Source of the DNA: Eukaryota sp. TZLM1-RC
Taxonomy: Eukaryota; Protista; Metamonada: BaSk clade
DNA: 64,000 bases
Direction: 5' to 3'
NCBI GenBank assembly: GCA_040285825.1
Contig: JAUPSS010000004.1
Coordinates: forward strand, 2,832,550-2,896,549
Shown: positions 33,605 to 43,970 of the stretch, one piece after another
How the letters are laid out: the number at the start of each line of letters is the position of its first letter
How positions within the stretch are numbered: the first letter of the stretch is position 1
Notes under the pieces: generated by a model
What the model was told of the DNA's origin: nothing
Database searches by the model: none
The model's input: only the letters and a program-made list of their open reading frames with translations
Program-made: the position numbers and the translations under genes

Positions 33605-34809
33605 ATGTATTCTTGTTTATATTTTGTAATAAATTTGTTTATATAAATGAGTTTTTAATACAATTTGTTAATTAAATCAGAGCAAAGTTGTCCATTTTCG
33701 TGTTTTACCGCACTATTTTAAAAACCACAGCAATCAATTGAATTGGAAATTGCAATTCAGTTTCTGTTCAGTATTTGGTGGTGCGATAGGTGTGAGGAGT
33801 TCTTGAGGTGCGAACTTTTGTGCAAAAAATTCAAACAAATGAAGTAACCAAACCTTCTTCGTTAAAATGAAGTCAATGAGGATGATGTCAAACACTGAAT
33901 TAACGAACCATTCATCGAATTCTTTGTACAATTCTTGTGTAATCGGAAGCAAATCCTCCTCCTCATGAATTTCCTTCTCCCAGTATAATGTGGAGTTCGC
34001 TAGCATCATTGGATCCTTGTATAAACAGAAACTACGACACAGAGGTTTATAACTGGAGGTCAAGATAAACTGGGGATGACGTGACATTACGTGATATTGT
34101 AACTAATAAACTAAATACTAATAATATCTATCTGAATTGGCTCTAAGCCAACAATAGCTACAAATATTGACGTTTTTTTTCTATCATCATCTTAAGTTGT
34201 GCCAAGAGCTGGCTGATAAGTAATTGCATGTACTACATAGTAATGGTTTAAAACCAGAGAAGGAACTTGTACCGACCACATTTTGCGCAATTGCAATATT
34301 TTTAGGACAAGTATGGCATCCTTTTGAAAAATATGATTCAATAAATCAACAAGGGGACCAACTTGTCTCAATTCTTTTCTTATACTTGTACCTTCAAATG
34401 AGTACCTTTCATTCTCAAATTCTCTTTTGCAAGAACCAACTCACCAAATTCACCTAAATAAGTTGACTTCAGTTGTTTTCTCAATGGAGAAGCATTATTT
34501 TAAAATTCCTTAAAATTTGGAAATTTTGAAACTTTCTGTATTACCATTTTTCCTTCCTCTACATAAAACCGTTTAACTTACAAGCTGGCTGAACCGCGAT
34601 CATTGCTTCTATTCTTTCTTGTTGATGCCTGAATCAGTTTCTGATTCTAATGGAGTCAAAAGAAAGAACGATAGACAACAAGATGCTCAAGACGTCCTTT
34701 CCACCTCTCCTCCTCATCCTCTTCTCTCTTCATTTTTGGACAAAAAAATTCTGATCAAGAATTTTTAGAAAATCACGATGAAAACAAAGGTTGTTCAAAA
34801 ACAAAGCCA

Positions 34810-37800
34810 CGCTCCTACAGATGCTCAAAGTGTCGACAACAAGGACATAATGCTCGAACAGGCCCCAATGTTACAAAAAATAATGTGGCAAATTCTGAAA
34901 CAAAATGTAAAAGAAAATTTATTAGAAGAAAAGAGTCTAAGGTAGAACCCATAAATGATGATCCACAAGTTGTTGCAAAACCAGTTAGCAATCGATTGAA
35001 GCACAAAACTTGCAACAATTGTGGTATTTTTTTAGAAAAAATGCAAAAGGAAAAACTTCTGATCGATGCTTGAAATGCCGCATAGTTGATAACTACCATC
35101 CTCCCATAAGAATACCTCAAGAAATTCATCCGACCAAATGCAATGAATTTGCTTTCGTTTTTCAAAGATTTTTGGATCAAGGAAAGTATGCTATCAATAT
35201 TATTTGGGAATTTTTTGGTTCTTTTTGTCCTCCTTTTGAACAAAATTGCGTAAATATTTCCGAAGATTTAACTAATATAGCACCGAGAAATTAGTCATCC
35301 GAGAAATTAAGTAAAATTTTTGAAGACCAATGCTTTGACAACAAATGGTCCAAAGCTTTGTCAGCTTTAAGTCCCGGAGTTAAAGCACCCAACAATGAAA
35401 ATACAATAGATAAACTAAAAATACTTCATCCTTATGAAGACCCTATAATGGATCAAAATTTTTATGGCACATACTGGGAAAGTTATCCATTGATGCCATC
35501 AGAAGTTTTTTCGGTGATCAAAAAGAGACCACGCGGTAAGTCTGCCGGACTTTCTGGTATTACTATTGATCATGTAAAAGCCGCAATTATTTCTTCAGAA
35601 GATTGTCTTGGTTTATTGACCAAATTTTTCAACAAAATATTATCTGGTCAACTCAAATACCCAGAAGAATTAAGAAGTTCTCGTTTGACTGCACTTGTCA
35701 AAAATTCAAAAATGGATGTTCGTCCTATTGCAGTCTCTGAGAGCTTACACAATATTTTTTCTGCGTGTTGCTTAAGCAGGTTCAACGAGAAAGCAAAAAA
35801 AAATTTTTATTACCCTTTCAATATGGTATTAATTAATACCACAGATGGAGTCTCTTCAGCGATATTTGCTACTGATGTTTTATTTCGCCAAAATGAATCC
35901 AATGTTTGTATGTCATTGGATTTTAGTAATGCTTTCAATTCACTAAGTCGTTGCAGTATCCATGGTGCTCTATTGCAATATATGCCGGAATTGATACCAT
36001 ATTTTCAATCAACATATTGCACATATTCTGATTTACATTTTGGTAATAACATTTTGAGTTCATCAAGTGGTGTAAAGCAAGGAGATCCGTTAGGGCCTCT
36101 TTTGTTTTGTTTGGCCATTCATCCTATTTTACTGCAAATTCAAGAGATGTTTCCTTCACTAAAAATGATTGCAAATATGGTTGATGTTGTGCTTATTGGT
36201 GATTTAAATATTGTGAAACAAGCAACTGTATGTTTTAAAGAATTATTTACCAAAATTGGTCTCCGACTTAATTTACTTAAATGTGTTTTGTTATCGAATT
36301 CTCCAATTTCCACAATAGTTGATGGTATTGAAATTCAAGCCAAATTATATTCAATTGATGCTATTCGTCATTTGGGTTCGTTTTTAGGAAATAATGATGA
36401 AATTACCAAAAAATTGTTTGAAAAGTTGAACTCAATTTCTGACAAAATTGACCGAATGATGAATTTAGATATAAAAAAACACATCAAATTTACCATTATA
36501 GGACTGTGTTTTAGTTCCAATTTTAATCATATATTTCGATCTACAAATCCTCTCATCACTAGACCTTTGGCTCAGAAGTTTAATGAGTTACGTGCAAAAG
36601 TTCTGTCTCAATTACTGGGATGTAAAATGTTTCAAATTCCAGATCATGCTTACCTTAGTCCACATTATGGCGGTTTAGGGTGGACGAAGGCATCTATTCT
36701 TACCTCGTGTGCTTTTGTTGGTGGATGCAGAAATGCAATCTTTGAGTTTTCCGAAAGATTTGCAGATTGGGAAGATTTATTGATGAAAACGCAAAGTTCC
36801 ACTGTTTTTGCATTAAATGAAGAAATTTCAAAAATTGATGTAGAAAAATGGGGTCGATGTTTTCCCCGTTCATTCAATGGCAATATTCCAGAAAAAAATG
36901 TTTTAAATTTGAAGTACACTCTTCGAACATTACAGAAACGATTGACTGGAATGTATGAAAAAGATCTTTATAATAATATATGCAGCTCGGCTGTTTTAAA
37001 TCAAGATCTTCACTCATTGTTATTGGAAAAGGGTGTTTGTGAAAACAAGTCGTCAGATGCTTCACTTTTTGTAACTATTGTACCACGAAGATTTGGATTG
37101 TGTGCCACTAATGAAGCATTTGTAACAAAAATGAGATTATATTTGAACATCCCCATTAATCAATTATTATCAAAAGAAAAATGTATTTGTTCGAATTCAC
37201 CTCAACTCACTTTGAGCCATGCTCTGAATTGCTCTAAATTGATAACTTATCGTTCTTCATTACATGATGCTGTTAGAGACACTGTTTTCAATATGGCACA
37301 AACTGCAAGGATATCGTGTATCAAAGAGCCCCTGCTGAAAGAAACACTTTCTCTGAATAATTTTGGTTCTGATGATAGAGGTGATGTATACTGTGATTGG
37401 ATTGATAATTCTGAAGTTATTGTTGACTTTGTCTCATGTAATGTTGCAAATGATACTTTGGTTCACAGAAGAAAACTTAATCCTGTGGCTGCTCTGGATT
37501 TTAAAGCAAAAGAGAAACATAGAAAATATGATAAAGATATTGAAGAGGCTAATGTCGATAGAAATACACAGCTGGTTTTTATTGCTTTCCCCTTTTCGAT
37601 AAATGGAAGATTATCAGTTGAAGCAGAAACTTTTTTGGATGACTTCCAAAAAATGGTGCAAGAAAAACAATGAAAAGATTTGATATATTTTTATAGCGTT
37701 CACGGATTCAATTTGCCATTATTAATAGGTTACCTCGGTTTTTCAATCGAATAAGAGAAGCTTTGGCTAGACAGCAAGCAGATCAAGGTTTTGTAGAGGA

Positions 37801-37870
37801 AATCTTGGTTCAATGATAGTCGTCCCATTAGTATTGAGTTAATTTAATTAAGTGTGCAAATTCAATAAAT
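34810..37870 (+). mobile_element. Near full-length but inactive CRE-like non-LTR retrotransposon (family 1)
   Basis: Zn knuckle CSKCRQQGHNART(G), CNNC..CLKC, GKSAGLSG, RPIAV, GVKQGDPLGP. Catalytic YMDD has decayed to NMVD. RLE domain, frameshifts and conserved 3' UTR. Possible 9-bp TSD ACAAAGCCA (34801-34809 / 37871-37879). The 5' boundary is uncertain and may extend to ~34625. Confidence 0.92.
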
Positions 37871-39130
37871 ACAAAGCCATTGAAGAAATTTTCATTTGCC
37901 ACTTCTGTGCACTTTTTCGAGGATTCTCCAAGGATGTGAAGTCAATATCATGAATAACTTTCTGTGCATTCTTCTTTTGATTGATCAGTCAGAACTACTT
38001 CATCTTGAACCACTGAAGTTTGGCCACACCAAAGGGATTTAAGTATAAAATACAATAAAATATGAATTTTTTGTGAATTCAAAGTAACCATGGTTTAATC
38101 TTTTGGCAACAGCATTGATCACATCATACTCATTTCAGTCTACAGTGTCTGTTTTTGTTAGAATTTGAGCTGATAATTTTTGTTGAGTGGTAAGTTAAAT
38201 GAACTATAGTTTCTGTTTTGTGATATACTTTTTCCCAAATAACCCCTTTTTTTAAAAATTCAATTGAAACAGAATGTCCATTGACTGCAATTATATAATG
38301 AAAAACATTTAGAGCTCGTTGTCATTATTCGTAGAAAATTGTTTTACATTATTACTTTCACACAATGTTTTGTTATTTAATTGTACTTTCTGAGAATTTG
38401 TTGATCTTGTTCGGAAAAACGCACCTCCCATTCCCATTTTGATATCCGCAAGGCATAAGAGAATTCCAGTCGAGCAAGTTAAGGATTTTCGATATTTTGT
38501 AGCAATTATTTTAGATTCCTAGCTGTATTTTTGCTACTGGACACACACTCCATCTGAGATAACATTCACAAACATAACAATGTATTTTGGCAAAACTTCT
38601 GACATTAAAGAGGAGGGTTGTTCATAGTGTCAGTGTTTTATTGTGGTTGAATTTTAAATTGAACACTAGTCCCTTCTCTTTTTCCTTCCCTGCCTAATCC
38701 CTACCTAATCATTTTTTTGTGTTTCTGACTTATTGAGATGCCTTTGACCTTTGAAATCTTAATGTCCATTCTAATTCTTGTATATAGATCAACTGAAAGG
38801 GTCAACATTTGTGTAATACATTGACACACCTTTACAATACATTTACACAGTTTATTTATGTAAGATTGACAAAACAGAACCACTAGACCAAACCTTAAAC
38901 AAATCTGAATCTGATAGAACAAATCGGTCCCTTGGAAGAATTCTTAAATCATGAACATTTAATAGAGGTTGTAGGAAAGTTCGTTGTGAAAGTTTATTTA
39001 AAACTTGATTAGCTTTTACATAACCCATATCAGTAAGTTCTTTGGCAAAAAATCTGGCATCAATTAAATAATCAAACTTAAAACTTAACTTCATTGGTTG
39101 TGTTATCAAAAGGACGTGAAACACTTGTCA

Positions 39131-39334
39131 ACCAGTGAATTTAATACAAGCAAACTGTCAAGTTGTTGCATGGCCGAGAATATTCAAGCAGCCTCATGGC
39201 CGCTCCGTATCTGTACTGAGTGTTAAATAGTATATGACAGAGATATTTCCGCTGCAAAAAATATACAAATTAAGAAGAAAGCGGAATTGTGGCCGGAAAG
39301 ATACATTTGCCCAGATACTCTGTTAAGGACATGA
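39131..39334 (+). pseudogene. C-terminal relic of a TnpB/Fanzor-like nuclease 'E' (third subfamily)
   Basis: Not in the ORF track. Reads TSEFNTSKLSSCCMAENIQAASWPLRICTEC*IVYDRDISAAKNIQ..: RuvC-II E, zinc finger and RuvC-III DRD.SAAKNI. Confidence 0.8.
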
Positions 39335-39436
39335 ATGAGGAACCTGAGCATACAGAAACAAAAACTTTGGAAAAACTGATATTCTATTTTGAGTTTATTA
39401 TTATTTTTTCAATTTTTTTGAGAATCTTTTGAGACT

Positions 39437-39655
39437 GATCTACAAAAAGCTTAGTAGCATTTGGTAGATCCACTTAGATACATCAAGTCGCGAGGCTTTG
39501 TTCTGTGAAAGCAGTAGGTAATTTAAGTGAGGTAGCCAATTGATGAAGATCATGATTGTCTTTGTCAAATGACGCTACATGTCTCTTACAGCCTGTGAGT
39601 CGACATTGAGAAAGTTGAAAACAGGAGTGAATTTCACATGGAAATGCGAATTCAC
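39437..39655 (+). ncRNA. Highly structured candidate omega-RNA downstream of Fanzor E
   Basis: Five consecutive stems: GATCTAC/GTAGATC (39437-39470), GCTTT/AAAGC (39495-39512), GTAGC..TTGATGAAGAT/GTCTTTGTCAA..GCTAC (39532-39578), CCTGT/ACAGG (39592-39625), GTGAATT/AATTCAC (39627-39655). Confidence 0.6.
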
Positions 39656-39696
39656 AATATACTTCACAGTATATAATATCTAATCCCATCCTCTAT

Positions 39697-40737
39697 ATGC
39701 CCTGCTCCTGTATTTGTCATTCCAAATTTGCATCTCTTCACCAGGCATATGAATCTCTCAAAGCTAAAACCAAAGATCACGACTCTTTGGTCTCCTCTAA
39801 ATCAATGGAGATTGCCCGTCTCAAAGACGAAAACATTGAACTCCAACGATCACTCCTCACTGTTCAAGATGAACTATCAACTCTCCGTGATAAGGCTTTC
39901 GAAGCTGATGCACTTCGCAAGGAAAACATCCAACTTCAACAAGAACTGGAAAAGACTGATACTCTCAAACTAGAACTAGACTCACTGAATTTGAAGGTGG
40001 CAGAACAAAGAAAGAGAAAAGAGCGAGAACTACCTCTATCAACCAAGATTTCTGAACTTCTAACAGAGAATTCCGAACTCAAGCAAGAGTTAAAAAGTGA
40101 TTCGAGCAAAATAAAAGAACTGGAGGACACAGTTCATACCTTGGAAAAACACAAATGCGAATTAGAATCGACTAATTATCATTTGGAGGAGAGAATTAAA
40201 ATGATTCAAGCTAAGTACAATGCTGAAATCCGTAGTATTTATGCTGAATTCGACTTGTTAGATTCTCAAAAAAATAAAATGGAGCAATTGGCAAGTAGGT
40301 ATAGGGAAGAGATGCAATCAACACGTCATCATACGTCACCATCACGTCAGCAACCTAATCAATCTGATTTAGTTGCCGAAATTGAGGGTCTAAAACGAAG
40401 AATTGATTCAATTCAATCTTCACAAAGTCAGCAACCACAACATCAAGACACATCATCACTAGCTCAAAATTCGACGATCAAAACCCCTGAAAGAAGAAGA
40501 AATGATTTGACTCCAACCAAAGTACTGGAAGCGTTTGATGCAAAGTTAAGAAGCATACAGAATTCTGTGAGGAAAAGCAAGTGTGAAGTAGAAGAAATGG
40601 TCGATGTTGGTAGTGTTGACCCTTTTGTTGATTTGGATTTGGAATGTTTTGAGAAAAGTTTAGCTCCCAAGAAGACAAAGAAAGGGTCAAGTAGGCTGAA
40701 AAGCAAAAGTACTCCAAGAAGAAGGCCTTGGAGGTGA
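39697..40737 (+). CDS. Coiled-coil protein with basic C-terminal tail
   Basis: 346-aa ORF with long heptad E/K/L-rich stretch ending STPRRRPWR. Confidence 0.8.
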   Translation: MPCSCICHSKFASLHQAYESLKAKTKDHDSLVSSKSMEIARLKDENIELQRSLLTVQDELSTLRDKAFEADALRKENIQLQQELEKTDTLKLELDSLNLKVAEQRKRKERELPLSTKISELLTENSELKQELKSDSSKIKELEDTVHTLEKHKCELESTNYHLEERIKMIQAKYNAEIRSIYAEFDLLDSQKNKMEQLASRYREEMQSTRHHTSPSRQQPNQSDLVAEIEGLKRRIDSIQSSQSQQPQHQDTSSLAQNSTIKTPERRRNDLTPTKVLEAFDAKLRSIQNSVRKSKCEVEEMVDVGSVDPFVDLDLECFEKSLAPKKTKKGSSRLKSKSTPRRRPWR

Positions 40738-41397
40738 GTGACCAAGTGTTTTGTAATTCAAATTTTGTATATTTCAAACTAATAACTACTAAATCTAGTA
40801 TTTAAATTTAGATTTTAGTATTGTCAAATCTGTATATACTAATAATTTGTTCATTATGATTTGGAGTTTTAAAAAGGAGTTTTTTATCTTTATAAGTTTC
40901 AATTTCATCAGTGCTTTTACTACTTTCGTCCATATGTTTTTATCGTATCATTTAATCTCCAATTTCATTTTTTTCAAAAGTTTAATAAAATTGTCCCCTC
41001 GATCTCTCTTTAGTTTCCTATTTGAATACAGTTTGAGTTTCCTCTTCACAGGACAACCAAAATAGAGTCATTTATTCTATCTGTTGAATAATTGCTGATG
41101 TGCTTCTGATTCTTTTATTCCTCCTATTGGCAAACAGAACTAATTGACTGATTTTTGTTTAGAAGATTTGTTGAATTACTCTTATATTAAGTTTGTTCTC
41201 CTTTGTTGAGTTAATTTCTGGGTTGATATAAAGATGAGATAAAACTTTAAGTTCTAACCTTTCAGCAATCAATCAAGTACTTCGTTTAAGTAAATTTGTT
41301 TCAGCACAATAACGACATAAATAGTTTAAAATACATACTAAACAATTAAAAGAAGGATAATAGAGATAAAAAAATAACTACTAGCACTCATAAAAAC

Positions 41398-42228
41398 CTA
41401 CATGTTTAAATCAATGTCTTCATCTTCTGCAACATTTGGCTCCACAACCACCTTGCTAATTCTATCCAAAAGCTCCAAACCTTGCTCTCTGGCTAAGCCA
41501 ATCCCCTCAGTTAGTAAGGCCTTGTCAATTGGCAACCCTGAAAATGACAACTCAACCAACTCAGAGTGTTTATTGACTGAAACAGAAAGAGTTGAATCAG
41601 CTATATACTCTTCTTCATTGGTAGGATCCAAAACCAGCATTCCTTCAACAACCGCCATAGTAACAGATACGGGGAGATGAAACAAAGGGAGTGCTGTAGG
41701 AGGTTGAAGATCAGTGGGTTGAACAATAGATTGACCACTCTCATCAATAAAAACGACAGGAAGTTTGGAATGTGAAAGTAGACAAGAGGTACACAAGACA
41801 CAGGCATCGTGGGCATTGCCATCATCGTTGAGTACAGTAGTGTCGATAGAGATTTTCCATACAGCTTTACCAGAGGTGATACAGAGGGCTTCCGATTCAA
41901 TACATTGGGTTTCTCTAAAGATTCGTTCTATAGAACGATTTATGCTAGAAGTGTCCAGTGAGGCTGGATCTGGAGCAGCCAATGGTGAATATGAAGTAGA
42001 GAAGTACACAAGTCCTTCCTGTGGACGATCAGGGAATGGCTTGACAATTTCTGAGGATATTTGAGTGAAAACATGAGTATTACCAAGGATAGTTTCACAA
42101 GAAGTTTCCCGAAGACTGAACGAAATGTCCCGTATTCGAGAGAGGGGACGAAAATCAGGACGAATTCCTGAAGCTATTGATTCACGGATAAACTCTGCCT
42201 GATTTAATGAGAAGGTAAACTCCCTCAT
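41398..42228 (-). CDS. RRP45: Exosome complex component RRP45 (EXOSC9)
   Basis: IRPDFRPL..R, LGNTHV, PFPDRPQEG, SPLAAP, IESEALCITSGKAVWKISID..VLNDDGN, LDPTNEEE. Confidence 0.88.
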   Translation of the reverse strand: MREFTFSLNQAEFIRESIASGIRPDFRPLSRIRDISFSLRETSCETILGNTHVFTQISSEIVKPFPDRPQEGLVYFSTSYSPLAAPDPASLDTSSINRSIERIFRETQCIESEALCITSGKAVWKISIDTTVLNDDGNAHDACVLCTSCLLSHSKLPVVFIDESGQSIVQPTDLQPPTALPLFHLPVSVTMAVVEGMLVLDPTNEEEYIADSTLSVSVNKHSELVELSFSGLPIDKALLTEGIGLAREQGLELLDRISKVVVEPNVAEDEDIDLNM

Positions 42229-42280
42229 TGTCAAATGTTAAAAGGTATTGTAATAGTTGATAAATAGCAAATTGAGGAGC

Positions 42281-42407
42281 TGTGAGGTTTTCAATGCATA
42301 CTTTATCTGGAATGTCAATTTCCAATACTTCAACCACATCCTCATGTCTAAACTCAACCGTCCGGAGATGATCGACTTAGATTAAAATACGTTGGATTTG
42401 AAGACTC
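42281..42407 (-). ncRNA. Candidate omega-RNA / right end of Fanzor D
   Basis: Conserved with the C tail (AAAGTATGCATTGAAAACCTCACA at 42281-42304). Stems TCTAAGTCGATC/GGTTGAGTTTAGA and TGGAA/TTCCA. Confidence 0.6.
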
Positions 42408-42750
42408 TTATTGAGGTCTTCTAAAAGCTAGGGGTCTTGTGTTCAAAAAGTACTCGCTTACTGCAATCTCCCACTGGTTTCTCGATGCAGATATATCTCT
42501 TGGCCAAACCATCCCACATTCTGGATTTGCAAAATAGGCTTTAGACTTTTTCCTTCCTCCATTCTCTGTGAAGTAAAGGTCTTCATGGAAAACTTTGCAA
42601 CAGTTCACTTTGGCAGATGTATATTATTCGTCGCCTTCCTTGACGGTTGGAAATCGAGTCTTGGAATACTTAAGAAAACGTTTTCTTGGTGTTTTCACTC
42701 TTTGACGGGATGGTCCATCACCTCCTTTCCCAAACCAAATAATCACTTCA
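42408..42750 (-). pseudogene. C-terminal relic of Fanzor/TnpB-like nuclease 'D' (same subfamily as C)
   Basis: EVIIWFGKGGDGPSRQRVKTPRKRFLK..GDE*YTSAKVNCCKVFHEDL..NPECGMVWPRDISASRNQWEIAVSEYFLNTRPLAFRRPQ. Confidence 0.85.
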
Positions 42751-43970
42751 CTTCATAGTTCTATGCATTTCTTGTCTTGAAATTGGAGATCTCAACACCT
42801 ATTATAACCTTGTCTCTCTACTTCATCCTCCTAACAATCCTTACACCCTTTCTACTCCTCTCCGCTCCATAAAAGATGCTCCCATAATTGCACCAACTTA
42901 ATCCCTTTTGTCCGTTGTTGGTGGTACAAAAATTGTTACTCGGCTACGGATACATCGTACTATACCAACTTCTGTCTTCACTTTTAGTTAGTCAGTTGTC
43001 AATATAGACCGTTACATCTCTGGTATCGTTTGTTTACTCTGTACGAATCAACTACTCTCCAATCTCTACGGACTATGTTGATAATCTATCACCTATGAGA
43101 CAGCACAGCAAACAATTGTTATGAATAGAGTGACAGTGGAAGTTATCAAAGAAGAAAATCATTATATAAGAGTAGTAAAAAGTGCGTGAAAAACCTGGGT
43201 AGGCAGGTGTTCAAAAGGCACAGCAAGTCTCACAGTATTTCTTGTTTATCTAACACGCTTTTTTCCCTTTAGATTATACGAATACTGCTGAAGATCATTC
43301 TTCTATTGCTGACTCAGTTACTCAATTTGTTTCGTCTGGCTTGGTAGAAATTGACATCCATTTATCAAAGTCCACAGCATGTCTCAGAACTGAACTATTG
43401 CTCGATGTATCCAATTTTATCAAAAGCTTTTCTATGAATCAAAAAATTATTGTGTTTTTATTTTCAGTAAACACCATTCAATTTACACGTGCGCGACACG
43501 CGTATTTCAGGTTGAAATCGTGTTTGGATGTTCTTTTTTGTTCCGTTGGTATTCGTTAGGTAAAAATTTTATTTCGCTTTTTGATAAAGATAAATTTCTG
43601 AAATAAATTCCTGATCAACACATAATAAAATAAAACTAAAAATTTTCGTGGAAACAAGGGCGTTACTTCAGTTCCTGCTTACATCCAGTAATAAATTTAT
43701 GTGCACGGACGACTAATAACATTCTTCTTTTTGCACTTCAAAAATTTGGTGCATGTAGTGTCAAAAATTTGCTTGAATGTCAAATTTTGGACAACGTCAG
43801 AAGAATTCAATAAAAAATGAGAAAATAATGCTACATTGGAACACGTGTTAATTTCGAACGTTAAATCTGCTGAAAATCAAAGATGATTGGTTGTGACACA
43901 ATTCACAAAAAATGAAACAAAAAATTTTATTAAACAAATCAATTCAAAATTGCTGATGTATCAAATTTGG

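Noticed and set aside
33734-34087. 117-aa ORF (and 38852-39124, 51035-51474) as genes
   Set aside because: Short, no recognisable motifs, and embedded in decayed repeat-rich DNA.
35358-37673. Active RT or bacterial retron / group II intron RT
   Set aside because: Catalytic motif is NMVD, with frameshifts. The C-terminal CCHC+RLE domain and TSDs indicate a eukaryotic non-LTR element.
8385-42750. Non-standard genetic code explaining in-frame stops in Fanzor/RT ORFs
   Set aside because: Host genes are long, uninterrupted and end in TAA, TAG or TGA. The relics also have frameshifts, so the stops reflect decay.
43190-43600. Possible N-terminus of Fanzor D (VSRTCKLNGV...)
   Set aside because: Only vague similarity and separated from D by unrelated sequence.
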